NCBI RefSeq assembly: GCF_006345805.1
Contig: NC_042997.1
Coordinates: forward strand, 167,462,001-167,526,000
Reading direction: 5' to 3'
Source of the DNA: Octopus sinensis
Lineage: Eukaryota
Length of the DNA: 64,000 bases
The position numbers and the translations under genes are program-made. The notes under the pieces were generated by a model. It saw nothing but the letters and a program-made list of their open reading frames with translations, was not told the origin of the DNA and did no database searches. Shown here in pieces: positions 1 through 12,725 of the stretch. Every line of letters starts with the position of its first letter. Positions within the stretch are counted from its first letter, which is position 1.

Positions 1-76
1 TCAGTGTCTTTACGATACAGGAAAAAGTATATATATTTGTGAAGGGAACCTACTTTTCATCGGCAACTGTGATTGT

Positions 77-121
77 CACACGCCGATGACGGGTCAATAC
101 TCAGAAACTCGAGTCCGTGTG
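77..121 (+). ncRNA. Minimal type-I hammerhead motif with core variant CCGAUGA, inside a rod-like structured repeat (about 1-285)
   Basis: CACACG-CCGATGA-C-GGGT-CAAT-ACTC-A-GAAAC-TCGA-GTC-CGTGTG. Stem I extends (AACTGTGAT/ATCACAAGTT), and 34-50 pairs with 148-165. Confidence 0.75.
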
Positions 122-342
122 TATCACAAGTTGGAGTCGGGAAGGATGGCTTCCCTTTGCAAATACTGAAAGGGCACAGAAAGTATGTCTAAAGCCAGCT
201 GGAGGAGGTGTCCTCCTCGGGCTACAGACTACAGTAGCATCCACCCTTAGGGGTTAGCCATATTTAAATGGCAAATATACGTCACTATATATATATATAT
301 ATATACTAAGTATGTATGTATATATCCATATATATATATATA

Positions 343-633
343 TCACCATGATCACCATGACAGACCAGGCTATCAGATGCTGCTACACACCACTGGTCAC
401 AATGCGTTTCGCATTGTTTTAGCCTTCAAACGGCTAAGTGAGCAGGCCGACAGAAGAAAGAGTGAGAGAAAGCTGTGGCGAAAGAGTACAGCAGGGATCA
501 CCACCACCCCCTGCCGGAGCCTCGTGGAGCTTTAGGTGTTTTCGCTTAATAAATACTCCCAACGCCCGGTCTGAGAATCGAAACCACGATCCTACGACCG
601 CGAGTCCGGTAACCACTGGGCCATTGTGCCTCC
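343..633 (-). mobile_element. tRNA-derived SINE (family D)
   Basis: Minus-strand head GGAGGCACAATGGCCCAGTGGTTA...GGTTTCGATTCTC has A- and B-box-like motifs; short repeated tail; embedded in (TA)n. Confidence 0.7.
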
Positions 634-1422
634 ATATACATATATATATATATATATATACCATGTAAACACGCATACACACATATACAGATTAAAATAT
701 ACAATGTGTGGGTGCTATATTGGTTCGTGCTTCTTGTTAAACATTAACAGAAACCTTTAATGTTATTATTGTCATAAACACTGACATCTTGAGCTTCATA
801 TCCGTTCTGTCCTGCCTTAACTATCTCTAACCTTTCCGCTGGAACAGAAATCTGACCACTTTAATGTTACACTACGGCAAAGGTCAATATACTTCAGCAC
901 TTTATACCTTAATTAATATCCTTATTATTTATTATCACCGCCTTTCTCACTTCCTCTGTTTCTGTCGTTTGTATTGATGCTGATATTGTTTCCATTGTCC
1001 TTTTCCGTTGTCTTTTGCGTCGTCTTTAAGATTTCTTGTTGACATGTTTCCTGAGAAAACTACTGACTGCTAAATAAAGAATATGAAACGCATGGTTAAT
1101 TATACATTCAGGAGGTTAGCGGAGGGAGCTGGCTAAATATAGATGGTCTATTAATATCTTCAAGGTAGACGCCGTCTGCAGATTTTCATGAAACTAAATA
1201 GATACTGTTTGTATATGTTCACTGGAAAGACTGTCTCTGGTTGTTGGTTTCATTACCAATGTCTATATATTTTAGATAAAGATTTATGACCGTCTCTACG
1301 CTATTTATACAGAGTCTGCTAAACACTGTTTAAAGCCGACTTAAAGAATCTATGTGTTGTCCTACTCATTCCGAAGACAAATATTCACAGAGCACATGAT
1401 ATTAATATTCTACCTTCGATAT

Positions 1423-1758
1423 GAGACCCCCTTCGGTCATGACTGACCGTGGGATTGCGCCTAGAAAGTTACCCTCCCAGGCACAAGTCCGGGCAAGGTT
1501 GTTTATGGAAGACCAGCAGTCACCCATGCGTACCGGCCTCCCCTCTGCATACCACCAGTGTTATCCAAAGGAAAGGCAACGGCCAATACAGCTTGGCACC
1601 TGTGATGTCGCAACTCATCTCTACAGCTGAGTGGACTGGAGCAACGTGAAATAAAGTGTCTTGCTCAAGAACACAGCACGCAGCCCGGTCCGGGATTCGA
1701 ACTCACGACCTCACGATCGTAAGCTCGACGCTCTAACCACTGAGCAATGCGCCTTCAC
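1423..1758 (-). mobile_element. tRNA-derived SINE (family C), full length
   Basis: Head TGAAGGCGCATTGCTCAGTGGTTAGAGC...GAGTTCGAATCCC; body matches copies at 5876-6090 and 33005-33195. Confidence 0.85.
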
Positions 1759-1973
1759 TATACTGTCACTAAAATGATAAATGAAACCTTTTGTTAGATC
1801 ACAGTCATCAGTTTTACCAGGATTTTCCATCTCATCAGAAAGGACAGAGCTTTAAGGTTCTCACAAAGTTAGCTGTTCTCTGGATATGTGCGACATGATT
1901 GCATTTATCAACGAGAGAAGGAAAGGCACTATTCTGTACAGGGGCAACTTTTGGACATCTATCTGAAACAGAA

Positions 1974-2067
1974 GTGTGCGTGTGTGTATATGTGTATGTG
2001 TGTATGTGTGTGTGCGTGCGTGTGTGTGTGTGTGTTTGTGCACAACAGAAGTATAGACAGCCAGACA

Positions 2068-2104
<37 letters not shown>

Positions 2105-2320
2105 TCTTCCGCAAGAATAACACTGAGAGTGAGTTTGAAGTCTCAGCCAGTTAGTCTATCATCGGACAGTCCGATATGTGTGTGTGTGTATGTGTGCGCG
2201 CGCGTGTGTGTATGTGTGCATAGCGTATGTAGGAAGGGTGTAGTTTGTGTGTGCGTGTGCATGTGTGTGTGCATGCATGTGTGTGTCTTCGTGTGCGTAT
2301 GTGTGTGTCTTCGTGTGTTT
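1974..2320. repeat. Compound (TG)n/(CA)n microsatellites
   Basis: Direct inspection; source of the spurious CV/HT-rich ORFs. Confidence 0.95.
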
Positions 2321-2393
2321 ACGCTCGTCTCTCATTACCTTGCTCTCGCACTGCATTGGCAAAAGAATCTATGGAAGCCAAATCACCTACATA

Positions 2394-2901
2394 TCTATAT
2401 ATATGAAACTCAACTTGTGAGTCTGTGAGTGTATCTGTGTGTGTGTCTGTGTGTTTAACTTCCCGGCACATCTCCTCCTAGCCAACAAATCGTAGAACCA
2501 CCAAAAATGGGTCACTTAAAGTTTAGGCGAATAAAAATTGAACTGCGCTATTTCTGTTCCGAAATTCATCTCGCAAGTGCAAAAATCGATAATGTGTTTG
2601 TTTAGGCCTTATCCCATGCATTGAATAGTGAACTTTACTCAGTCAGCTGTTTGACGTGAACTGTGTTCACCACGCGTGCAAGCATGCGTAAATTGCATGA
2701 AAAATAAAAATCAAGATATAAAAACGAATCGCCGTAAACATTGTAGAAATTTGGCAAGGAAATGAATTTTCGGGATGTAGCCTGGAGGGTTTTTTCGTAT
2801 TAACCGTTTGGACTTTGTGAACACATACCAATTGTTTTCATAACATTTTTAACGCTTTGAATTAAATGTGACCATTTTGCAAAGCCGGGCAATACTGCTA
2901 G
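2394..2901 (+). mobile_element. Non-autonomous Helitron-like element
   Basis: 5' A|TCTATATATATGAAA followed by a GTCT/GT-rich tract; 3' GCAAAGCCGGGC...CTAG|T; inserted between A and T, no TSD. Confidence 0.7.
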
Positions 2902-3189
2902 TATTAATTATGTTAAACAAAATTATATAGCATTAGAATATCATTGTATTCATAATTGAGGATGTGAGCGATACAAAACTTTTTCGCGTGTGCTTTTGAT
3001 GAATCGGTAGAGGGTCGAAACAAATATATTGCGAGGTTTAGTCACGTCATTTTACTCTCCGAGTTCAAATGCCGCTGTAATGTATTTTATTTTTCATTCT
3101 TCCGTTGTGCATAGCAGAAAGTATCAGTTATTACTCGTGTATATCCCTATACCAAAAACTGTACGGTCTTGTAAATTTATGAGAAATTT

Positions 3190-3372
3190 TTGATTTCAAA
3201 TTGTGGAACGTGACCAGCAGTTTTAGAGAAGGAGGTAAGTCGATTACCCACCCGTGATCAAGGGATGATTAGCAAAGTCGACCTCGGCGGAATTTGAACT
3301 CAGAACATAAAGAGGAACGAAATGCTGCTATTTTGCCCAGTGTGCTAACGATTCGACCAGCACGCCATCTTA
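3190..3372 (-). mobile_element. SINE family A, internally deleted (a degenerate plus-strand copy lies at about 2985-3135)
   Basis: AAAGTCGACCTCGGCGGAATTTGAACTCAGAAC core; TTTATGAGAAATT duplicated on both flanks. Confidence 0.75.
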
Positions 3373-3769
3373 ATTTTATGAGAAATTATTAATATGAAAA
3401 CACGTAGTTTTTCTAGTGGTGGCAGCTATTACAAGGGAGGTAATCATCCCCTCCCAACATAAGACGGGATTAGAAATTACGTATATGTGTCTGCGTCTGT
3501 GTGAGTAATATAAATATAACGAAAGAGACGAAGAGCTATCATATACTTGTTATGTGTGTGTGGTTTGAGTATTGTGATTGTTTGTGCGCGCGAACGTTTG
3601 TGAATATGCAGTCATGTACTCGTCAACTCGCTTATGGAGGGAAGAGCTTTATAACAACGTATTTGCCTTCGCGCATGTGCGTATGCGCATGAGAGACACA
3701 AAGAGTGAGTGAGCAATCATCTGTTTGCCTTCACGAGTGTGGAGTGTCTGTGTGCCAGTGTGCTCGCGC

Positions 3770-4325
3770 ACGCATTGAGTGGTGCGTGTGTATGTGTGTT
3801 CGTGCACGCATTGTTTTGTGTATGTGTGTGTGTGTGTGTGTACTCACGCGTTGTGTTGGGTGTGTGTATACATACATGTATGTATATTACTGCAAATATA
3901 TTCATACTTGTGTATACGTGCAAACTCGCACATGTGTCTTTCTTATGTTTGCATATCTGTATTTGTTTATGTGTACGTGCGTGTGTGTGTGCGTGCGTGT
4001 GTGTGTTCGTGTGTGTGTGTGTGTGTGTGTGCGTATGTGTGTGCACAAGGTGATATATATGTTCGTCTCTACATATTCACCTCTGTGTATGCAAGTGTGT
4101 ATAAGTCAGTGCAGTGCATGTATGTGAGAATGTCCGCTATGCGCATATGTATTTGTATGTGCAGTTCTAAGTAAACTTATGTGTGATCGTGTATATGTGT
4201 ATATATATGCGTGTGTGCGTGTCTGCCTCCATGCGTGCGTATGTGTGTGTGTATGTATCCCCTTGCGTGTGTGCGTGTGGATGCCTATTTGTTGTGTGTG
4301 TGCGCGCGCGCGCGTTTGTGTGTGA
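3770..4325. repeat. Degenerate (TG)n-rich low-complexity tract
   Basis: Direct inspection. Confidence 0.9.
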
Positions 4326-4438
4326 AAAGTGATATTCTCCTCTGTGATAACCAGTTCTTTGAATTCAAGTCTATTTGGACGGTTTACTAACTTCATTTTA
4401 TTACAAGACATTTTGTCGGGCTGGTCAGAATCTCTGCA

Positions 4439-4516
<78 letters not shown>

Positions 4517-4742
4517 CTCCTTCTCTGTCTCTCTACGTAATTCAACGCCAGCCTAGCCAGAAGCCAACAAGTTTCTGTGGAATAGCTAGTGTTCAAGTGG
4601 ACAGATATCAATCATCGACACAAACAGCTGTTTCCAAAACTTCTAAGTACGTAATCGTTATCGGTAAACCACCACCATCACCACCGCCGTCGCCGCCGTC
4701 ACCGCCAACGAAGTCACCACCACCACCATCACTACTACTACT

Positions 4743-4793
<51 letters not shown>

Positions 4794-4794
<1 letters not shown>

Positions 4795-5065
4795 GAAAAC
4801 TGTAATGGTTGTGCCTCTAATAATTAGTGCATTGGGAACTGTACGTAAAGATAAAGACAAATAGTTGAAGGAGAGTGGAGTAGGATGTCCTGTAGAGCTT
4901 CCACAGAAAGTTTACCTCTTAGGGACAGGGAAGATTATCAGATGGGGCGGAGGGGTTCTAAGCACTTGAAAGGTTATTGAAAGCTAGTGGATACCTAAGG
5001 TTATAACCCGTTACCCACATAAACCCTGCAAGGAATAAGACCGATCTAGAGTCAAATCAATAATA
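4794..5065 (+). mobile_element. 3' fragment of an R4/Dong-like non-LTR retrotransposon next to (TAA)n
   Basis: Translates as VPLIISALGTVRKDKDK*LKESGVGCPVELPQKVYLLGTGKIIR, matching the REL-LINE C-terminal pattern VP.I.GALG...QK..LLGT..I.R. Begins immediately after (TAA)n at 4745-4793. Confidence 0.7.
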
Positions 5066-5149
5066 TTTTTTTCTCTTACTATTACCGCAAGGGCAATGGA
5101 ACAGAAGGGATGACATTACAAAGAAGGGTTATAGACAACTAACAACTCC

Positions 5150-5395
5150 CTTAACTCCTTGGGAGTCGTTTGGGCGTTGCAGCCATGCAGCCATGCAGCC
5201 ATGCAGCGTATCTAGGGCGAGAAAGCCTGTCGGAGCCCATCCCTCTCCGGGCTAAACTCACTTCTATAGTTGAGAGGACTGGAGCAACGTGAAATGAAAT
5301 GTTTTGCTCAAGAACACAACGGATCGCCAGATCCAGGGATCGAAATCACAATCGTCATGAATCTAACACCCTAACCACTAAGCCACGCGCTTCCA
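5150..5395 (-). mobile_element. SINE related to family C with a different tail
   Basis: Shares CTGGAGCAACGTGAAAT...TTGCTCAAGAACACA and a tRNA-like head. Confidence 0.7.
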
Positions 5396-5875
5396 TTCAA
5401 GCGAATTGGTTGAATGAAAGGAAACAGGGGGGAAATGTTATATGTTATACATGGTATACACATGTCTGATTCAAGAGAAGGAACAACTAACAGATGAAAG
5501 ATTATAGTGACTAAAGATTATAGTAAACGTCCTCTTTTACCTGTAATCCTTCGCAGACAGATTCATGCTAAAAATCGGTTGATTTATTCAAGTCATTACT
5601 GACGAGTAACACACCTCCTCCTCAATTCTCAGTTGTACCTTGTGTTACTTAGAAAAGTTAATGAGGGCTTGATTGAAGAGTAAAGTGCTCAATCCTTTCA
5701 GTTATGTTCATCAAACAATGTCTTTCGACATAGGCACAAATCAGAGGAAATCTGCCTGCTTTTCCAGATCAAAGAAAGGTGGTAGGAGAGTTTTTACGAT
5801 TGAGTCGGCCGAACAATGTGGAAAAATAGAATGTCCACCTTAGCATTCTATAGATGACTAATTTGGGGGTATACT

Positions 5876-6090
5876 GAGACCCCCTTCGGTCATGACTGAC
5901 CATGGGATTGCACCTAGAAAGTTACTCTCCCAGGCATAAAATCTGGGCAAGGTTGTTTATGGAAGACCAGCAGTCGTCCATGCATACCGGCCTCCCCTCT
6001 CCACGCTACCAGTGTTATCCAAGGGAAAGGCAAAGGTCGATACAGCTTGGCACCCGTGATGTTGCAATTCATTTCTACAGCTGAGTGAAC
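5876..6090 (-). mobile_element. SINE family C, 5'-truncated
   Basis: Close match to 1423-1640. Confidence 0.85.
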
Positions 6091-6351
6091 TCGAGAAACT
6101 TTTGCTCGAGCCATGGTGCTACCAACAACATGCTAAAAATCCCTGCCATTAATTTGGTGTGGATGGGCAATATCAAATAATACAATTGCAACATATATTT
6201 AAATTAAACATGAAAAAAAATTGAAATATTATCATCACTTACATGGAAAAATCGAAATATTATCTTTCAGTATTTTATAAGGTAAACTCTTAAATTATTA
6301 ATTGACGCATTATTAATTATCTTACAACAGCAATGCCTGGAAAAATCATGG

Positions 6352-6839
6352 ATTACAGGAAAAAATGCGAGCATGAAAAGTAATAATCTTAAGATTACAA
6401 ACTTGGATGTGAATAGGACAAGTTATTACACCTGGAAAAGTATAGGACAAGCTATTACTTCTAGTAAAGTAAAGAATAAGAGACTTTTTACTTAAAATAT
6501 TGCAGCTAAAGTTAAAATTTATATATTAAACTTATTTTATTATAGTTTATTAATAACACTATACTAATTTATGTAGAACTTAGCTAATTTACTACCTTAA
6601 ATACAAAAAAAAGTGACTAATTAGACAAACTTACAAATAAGCTGAACAGTTTTGTACAATAAATTTAAAAGATGAGACCTGTAAAGAGTGATAAATTAGA
6701 ACTGGCATTCTTTGCTGCAATATTTTAAGTAAAAAGTTTCTTATTCTTTACTTTACTAGAGGTAATAGCTTGCCCTATACTTTTATAGGTTTATAGTCTT
6801 AAGAATATTACTTTTCATGCTCGCAGTTTTCCTTGTAAT
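6352..6839. mobile_element. Fold-back / MITE-like element with long inverted arms
   Basis: 6352-6402 is the reverse complement of 6789-6839, and 6448-6511 of 6710-6772; AT-rich spacer. Confidence 0.7.
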
Positions 6840-6959
6840 ATATATAAATATAAAATACACTTTCATTGAAATAAAGTTTCCCAAATGTGATTGTCAGTGT
6901 GGCACACTTTTCCAACTTTAATCAATCCTTTCTACTGAAATCAGAAGGCCTCAGATTTT

Positions 6960-7510
6960 GGGGAAAGGGATTAAGTCAATTACATCGACCCAAGTACATA
7001 ACTGGTACTAATTTTATCGACCCCGAAAGGATAAAAGGCAAAATCGACCTCGGCGGAATTCGAACGCAAAGCCTAACGGCGGAAGAAATACCTATTTCTT
7101 TACTACCCCACAAGGGGCTAAACACAGAGGGGACATGCAAGGACAGACAAACGAATTAAGTCGATTATATCGACCCCAGTGCGTAACTGGTACTTATTTA
7201 ATTGACACCGAAAGGATGAAAGGCAAAGTCGACCTCGGCGGAATTTGAACTCAGAACGTAACGGCAGATGAAATACCTATTTCTTTACTGCCCACAAGGG
7301 GCTACACTCAGAGAGGACAAATAAGAACAAACAAACGGATTAAGTCGATTATATCGATCCCAGTGCATAACTGGTACTTAACTTATCGACCCCGAAATGA
7401 TGAAAGGCAAAGTCGACCTCGGCGGAATTTGAACTCAGAACGTAACGGCAGACGAAATACTGCTAAGCATTTCGCCCGGCGTGCTAATGTTTCTGCCAGC
7501 TCGCCACCTT
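6960..7510 (-). mobile_element. SINE family A, one head plus about three tandem ~180-bp body units
   Basis: Head GGTGGCGAGCTGGCAGAAACATTAGCACGCCGGGCG; repeated GTTCAAATTCCGCCGAGGTCGACTTTGCCTTTCATCCTTTCGG...AAGTACCAG. Confidence 0.85.
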
Positions 7511-7527
7511 AATATAATAATATAATA

Positions 7528-8801
7528 TCAGGTCATCTCATATGTTCTGTCCGAATTTTGAATAAAGAAAACAAGTGATCAAATGTTATATTTAATTGAA
7601 ATTTAATCATCAAATGTACTTTCACTGATTATCTATAACTTCCTTCCATCTATTTACAAGCTTTTTTAATCCCATCAATGTAAAATTCTTTTGGTTTCAA
7701 AGCGAAGAAGTTTCGACCTCCTCCTGGCTTGCGAAAGTTATGTCCCCCAAATGATTCTGTAAACTACGAAACAAACGGTAGCCTGAAGGAGCAAGGTTGG
7801 GAGAATAAGGTGGATTAGGAATTTTTTCCCAACCAAGCTCTTCGATCTTCTGTGGTGTGATCTTTGCAGTATGGGGCCACGCATTGTACTGATCAAACAT
7901 CACTCCTTTTCGATTCACTAAAGCGGGTCTTTTTTGTTCAAAACTTGGTTCAAACGCTCTAATTGCTGACAGTAGACTTGAGCATTGATTGTTGCATTAG
8001 GTGGTAACAATTCAAAGTGAATTACTACCTTGCAATCCCACCAGATAAAGAGAAGAACCTTTTTTCCATGAAGTTCCCTTCTCGGTTGTGGTTGAGCTTT
8101 TTCCCTTTTACCAAGCCACTATTTACGACGTTTAACATTTCAATAGAATATCCATTTTTCGTTACCAGTCACAAGTCTATCCAAAAAGGGTGAAATGAGT
8201 TCGCGAGAATGGAGAGAAGAGCAGATGTCAACTTGGAATTTGCGGTTGCTTTCGGAAAATTCATGAGGCACCCATTTTCCAAGTTTGGGAACTTTCCAAG
8301 TTCTTGAAGATGACGATGAACTGTTGTATGGTTTGAACTAAGTGTTACTGTCAATTCTTCAACTGATAATGCAGGATTTTCTTCAAGTAATGCCTCAAGG
8401 AGCTTATCATCAAACTCAACTGGACGTCCTGTTTGATCTTCATCTTCAAGGCTGAAATCTCCACTTCTGAACTTTGCAAACCATCTTCTGCAATTTCTTT
8501 CATTCAAGCATTCTTTCCCATAAACTGAGTGTATGTTTCGAGTCGCTTCGGCTTCAGATTTTCCTTTTTTGTACTCATAAAGCATTATATGCCTTAAATG
8601 CTCTTTGGATACTTCCATGTTAGAAAGGGTTTAATCAAAGAAATTTTAATTCTATTATTCTGTAAAATAATATTTAATTAGTTTAAATGTACACAAATGC
8701 ATAAAAATAATTTTAAATTCCATTAGACATTCTAAAATACTGTTAAATTTCATTCAATTTTAACAAAGGTAAAATCGGACAGAACTTACGGGATGGCCTG
8801 A
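7528..8801 (-). mobile_element. Full-length mariner (DD34D-type) transposon with a frameshifted transposase pseudogene
   Basis: TIRs TCAGGTCATCTCATATGTTCTGTCCGA / TCGGACAGAACTTACGGGATGGCCTGA with flanking TA. ORFs 8169-8618 (HTH, GRP) and 7697-7918 (NAWPHTA, PPYSPNLAPSGY); WVPHE motif in a shifted frame. Confidence 0.93.
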
Positions 8802-9350
8802 TATACTATAATAAATGTGAATGTCAGTGTGTCAGCGTGTCACACTTTTTAAACTTTTCTCCTAAAGGCCGTAGCTCAACATATACTATTTTGCAATCAG
8901 GCTGACTCTGCGAGTAAATTAAAAACATACCGGGCCGAATCCGGACCCACAATCCTGAAGTTTTGGATTCCCAAGTTTTCATTACTGTGATTGTTTACTG
9001 CGATTTTTTTACGTTACTTTTTGTGATAATTTTTTTTTTGTACGATAACAATTTTTGTAATCTAAAGGCTAATTCCGTGAGTAAATCGAAAACATTCCGG
9101 GCCGAATCCGAAACTGCAATCCTGAAATTTTGGATTCCTATGTTTTCATTACTGCGATTGTTTCCGGCGATTTTTTTAAATGACTTTTTGCGAGGAATAT
9201 GAACTTCATTGAGATATGACTCCGAAGGAAGAAATTGCAACAAATTCTCCAAAACAAATCAGAGATCTGTTTGCAGATCTTCCCATTCAGGGTCAGTTGC
9301 TTAAATGCTATATACTAGTTTAAAAGCCGCCAGGGCGGCTTTTAGCTAGT
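8802..9350 (+). mobile_element. Non-autonomous Helitron-like element with two internal ~150-bp repeats
   Basis: 5' TATACTATAATAAATGTGAATGTC; 3' hairpin AAAAGCCGCC-AGG-GCGGCTTTT then CTAG|T; repeats CCGGGCCGAATCCG...AATCCTGAA at about 8930 and 9096. Confidence 0.7.
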
Positions 9351-9367
9351 AGTTTATATATATATAT

Positions 9368-9555
9368 ACTCTCCTTTTTTTTCTCTCCTTCTTTCTGTGT
9401 TTTTCTCTCTCTGTGTATCTTTCTGTTGAAGAGCGTAGGCTCGAAACGTTAAAGACTTGTTTTATTTATATTTCCTGAGCGCCATACTAATACAATTGTT
9501 CGTTTGTTTTCCACCTGCCTTCGTCTTTTGTTTATTTTCATAAAGCTTCCCGTTA
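9368..9555 (+). mobile_element. Solo 3' end (pLTR-like) of a Neptune-like PLE with a hammerhead-like motif at 9418-9455
   Basis: TCTTT-CTGTTGA-A-GAGC-GTAG-GCTC-GAAAC-GTT-AAAGA; homologous to 18635-18808 and to the PLE 3' end at 25745-25925; flanked by (TA)n. Confidence 0.7.
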
Positions 9556-9556
9556 T

Positions 9557-9623
<67 letters not shown>

Positions 9624-10159
9624 TATATATATTATATATAATATATATATATATATAATATATATATATATATAATATATATATAATATATATATATATT
9701 AATAATGCTCTGACGAAGCTATAAGAAGATACACAAGCACTCAGGCCTGAGTGATCTGCTTCTTAAAAAAAAAGGAACAGCTTGCTAGCGATTTTGCCAG
9801 TACGCTGCCTTCTCGATTCTGCCATAATATTAGATGGTGATCGTGACAACGGCGGTGTTGGTGGAGGTGTTGACGGTGGCGGCTTGGTTTACGAAGATTT
9901 AACATTGTCAACTTCACGTCAGAAAGCGGATCGTAGAACAATATACATTTTCACTAAACTTACGGGGTTTCATTTCGTTGTTTGTGTGATTTTTATCTTT
10001 ACATATTTTCTTTTTTTTTTTTTTTTTGTAAAAGTTTTTGTTTTTTATACTTTCTTCTTTCTTCGTTAAACTTCCCGTAGTGGAATTTAGCAGAATCGCC
10101 ATCTTTTGATATTTTTGTTTAAGAAAAGAAAATAATATATAAATACATACGTTCATATA

Positions 10160-10167
10160 TATGCGTA

Positions 10168-10245
<78 letters not shown>

Positions 10246-10306
10246 TGTTATGTGTATATGTGTGTGTGTTGGTATGTATGTATTGTGTGTGTAAATATAT
10301 ATATAC

Positions 10307-10346
<40 letters not shown>

Positions 10347-10623
10347 TAAATGTATACACACACACACACGCACCACACACACACACACACATATTAGATA
10401 TATATATGTGTGTGTGTGTGTATGTATATACACATATATATGTATATGCATCTATACATACACTCACGCACTCGTACGTAGATACATATAAATAAACAAG
10501 AAATACTTTATCAGATTAGTTGAAGTTAATACAGCGGGGGGATATAAATTTATTTCTTCAAGTTTATTTATTTAGTTTGGGAACATATATGTGAATATAT
10601 GAGTCTGTACGTATCAGGATATA

Positions 10624-10657
<34 letters not shown>

Positions 10658-10696
10658 TACATACATACCTATATATATATATATATATTATATATA

Positions 10697-10752
<56 letters not shown>

Positions 10753-10957
10753 ATATTTATGAATGTATGTATGTATATGAGTGTGAGTGTTGTATTAGTG
10801 TGTAAATATATATGTGTCGTTATTGGTTGTCATTGGCGTCCTTGATATTTGTAGCTTTTGTTGTTGATGTTATTTACGTGCGTATGTTTGCGCGCGCGCG
10901 CGTGTGAGCATGCGTGTGCGCGCACGTTTCAGAATGTTGGTCCAGAGAAAAAGGTAC

Positions 10958-11012
<55 letters not shown>

Positions 11013-11120
11013 CAGATAGATAGATTCATTCATTCATTCATTCATATATTGATTGACTGAGAGACAGACAGTGAAACATGGGTAAGATGCGTGAGCTCAC
11101 GTTTGAGAATGTTGATTAGG

Positions 11121-11172
<52 letters not shown>
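10160..11172. repeat. Compound (TA)n/(TATG)n/(CA)n/(GATA)n/(TG)n microsatellite field
   Basis: Direct inspection. Confidence 0.95.
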
Positions 11173-11174
<2 letters not shown>

Positions 11175-11207
11175 ATAGAAAGACAAAGAGAAGGAGAAAG
11201 AGCAATT

Positions 11208-11626
11208 ATATTTCTTTACTACCCACAAGTGGGTTAAACACAGAGGGAACAAACAAGGACAAACAAACGGATTAAGTCGATTACATCGACTTCAGTCCGA
11301 AACTGGTACTTTATTTATCGACCACGAAAGGATGAAAGGCAAAGTCGACCTCGGAGGAATTTGAACTCAGAACGTAGCGGCAGACAAAATACTTATTTCT
11401 TTACTACCCACAAGGGGCTAAACATAGAGGGGACAAACAAGGACAGACAAACGGATTAAGGCGATTATATCGATTTCAGTGCATAACTGGTACTTATTTA
11501 ATCGACCCCGAAAGGATGAAAGGCAAAGTCGACCTCGGAGGAATTTGAACTCAGAACGTAGCGGCTGACGAAATACCGCTAAGCATTTCGCCCGGCGCGC
11601 TAACCTCTCTGCCGGCTCACCGCCTT
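11208..11626 (-). mobile_element. SINE family A dimer with a 14-bp TSD
   Basis: TSD GAGAAAGAGCAATT at 11194-11207 and 11627-11640; two body units. Confidence 0.9.
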
Positions 11627-11994
11627 GAGAAAGAGCAATTGAAGCCAAACTTCATCGTGATGTATGCAACTCAGTACCCTGTCACTTCTATAATTTTGCC
11701 TTTAGTTTCTAATTGCAAATAAGCAAGCCTTTTTGTTCTATATACATATATGTATATATGTGTGTATGTGTGCGTGTGTAAGTGTGTGAGTGTGCGTGGC
11801 GTGTGTGTGCGTGTTTGTGTGTACACACACGCATTCATCCTTGCATATGTGTGGATGTGAATGTGTGTTTGTGTTATTAAGACATCAGGATATTTTCCTG
11901 AGCATGAAACCAATGGTAGCCTTAATTCACAGCTACAGGAATTATATCCACCAATGCGGTGGATACATCCACAATGCATTGTTCGACATTTACG

Positions 11995-12058
<64 letters not shown>

Positions 12059-12095
12059 GACAGAGAGAGAGAGAGACAGAGAGAGACAGACAGAC

Positions 12096-12180
<85 letters not shown>

Positions 12181-12217
12181 TCGATATAGATATAGATGTA
12201 GATATATACATATATAT

Positions 12218-12450
12218 ACTCTTTCACTCTTTTACTTGTTTCAGTCATTTGGCTGTGGCCATGCTGGAGCACCGCCTGTAGTCGAACAAATCGCCCCAGG
12301 GCTTATGCATTGTAAGCCTAGTACATATTCTATCGGACTCTTTTGCCGAACCGCTAAGTTACGGGACGTAAACACACGAGCATCGGTTGTCAAGCGATGT
12401 TGGGAAGGGACAAACACAGACACACAAACATATACAAACACGCATACATC

Positions 12451-12522
<72 letters not shown>

Positions 12523-12632
12523 CAAGGCATTGGTCAGTCCAACGCTATTGTAGAAGACACTTGCCCAAGGTGCCACGCAGTGGGACTGAACCCGGAACCA
12601 TGTGGTTCGTAAGCAAGCTACTTACTACACAA
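12218..12632 (-). mobile_element. tRNA-derived SINE family B (CORE-like GGCACCTTGGGCAAGT, internal microsatellite)
   Basis: Matches copies at 22362, 46692, 54281 and 58601; B-box GGTTCAGTCCC. Confidence 0.85.
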
Positions 12633-12694
12633 AGTGTACACTGTATATATACTTATGTATATATATAACATGTACATATGTGTGTGCGTGTGTA

Positions 12695-12725
<31 letters not shown>

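Noticed and set aside
1660-1758. tRNA-like sequences at SINE heads
   Set aside because: A and B boxes are present but continue into SINE bodies; no complete cloverleaf supported.
6960-7510. Regularly spaced repeats resembling a CRISPR array
   Set aside because: Whole ~180-bp units repeat with no unique spacers; eukaryotic SINE multimer.
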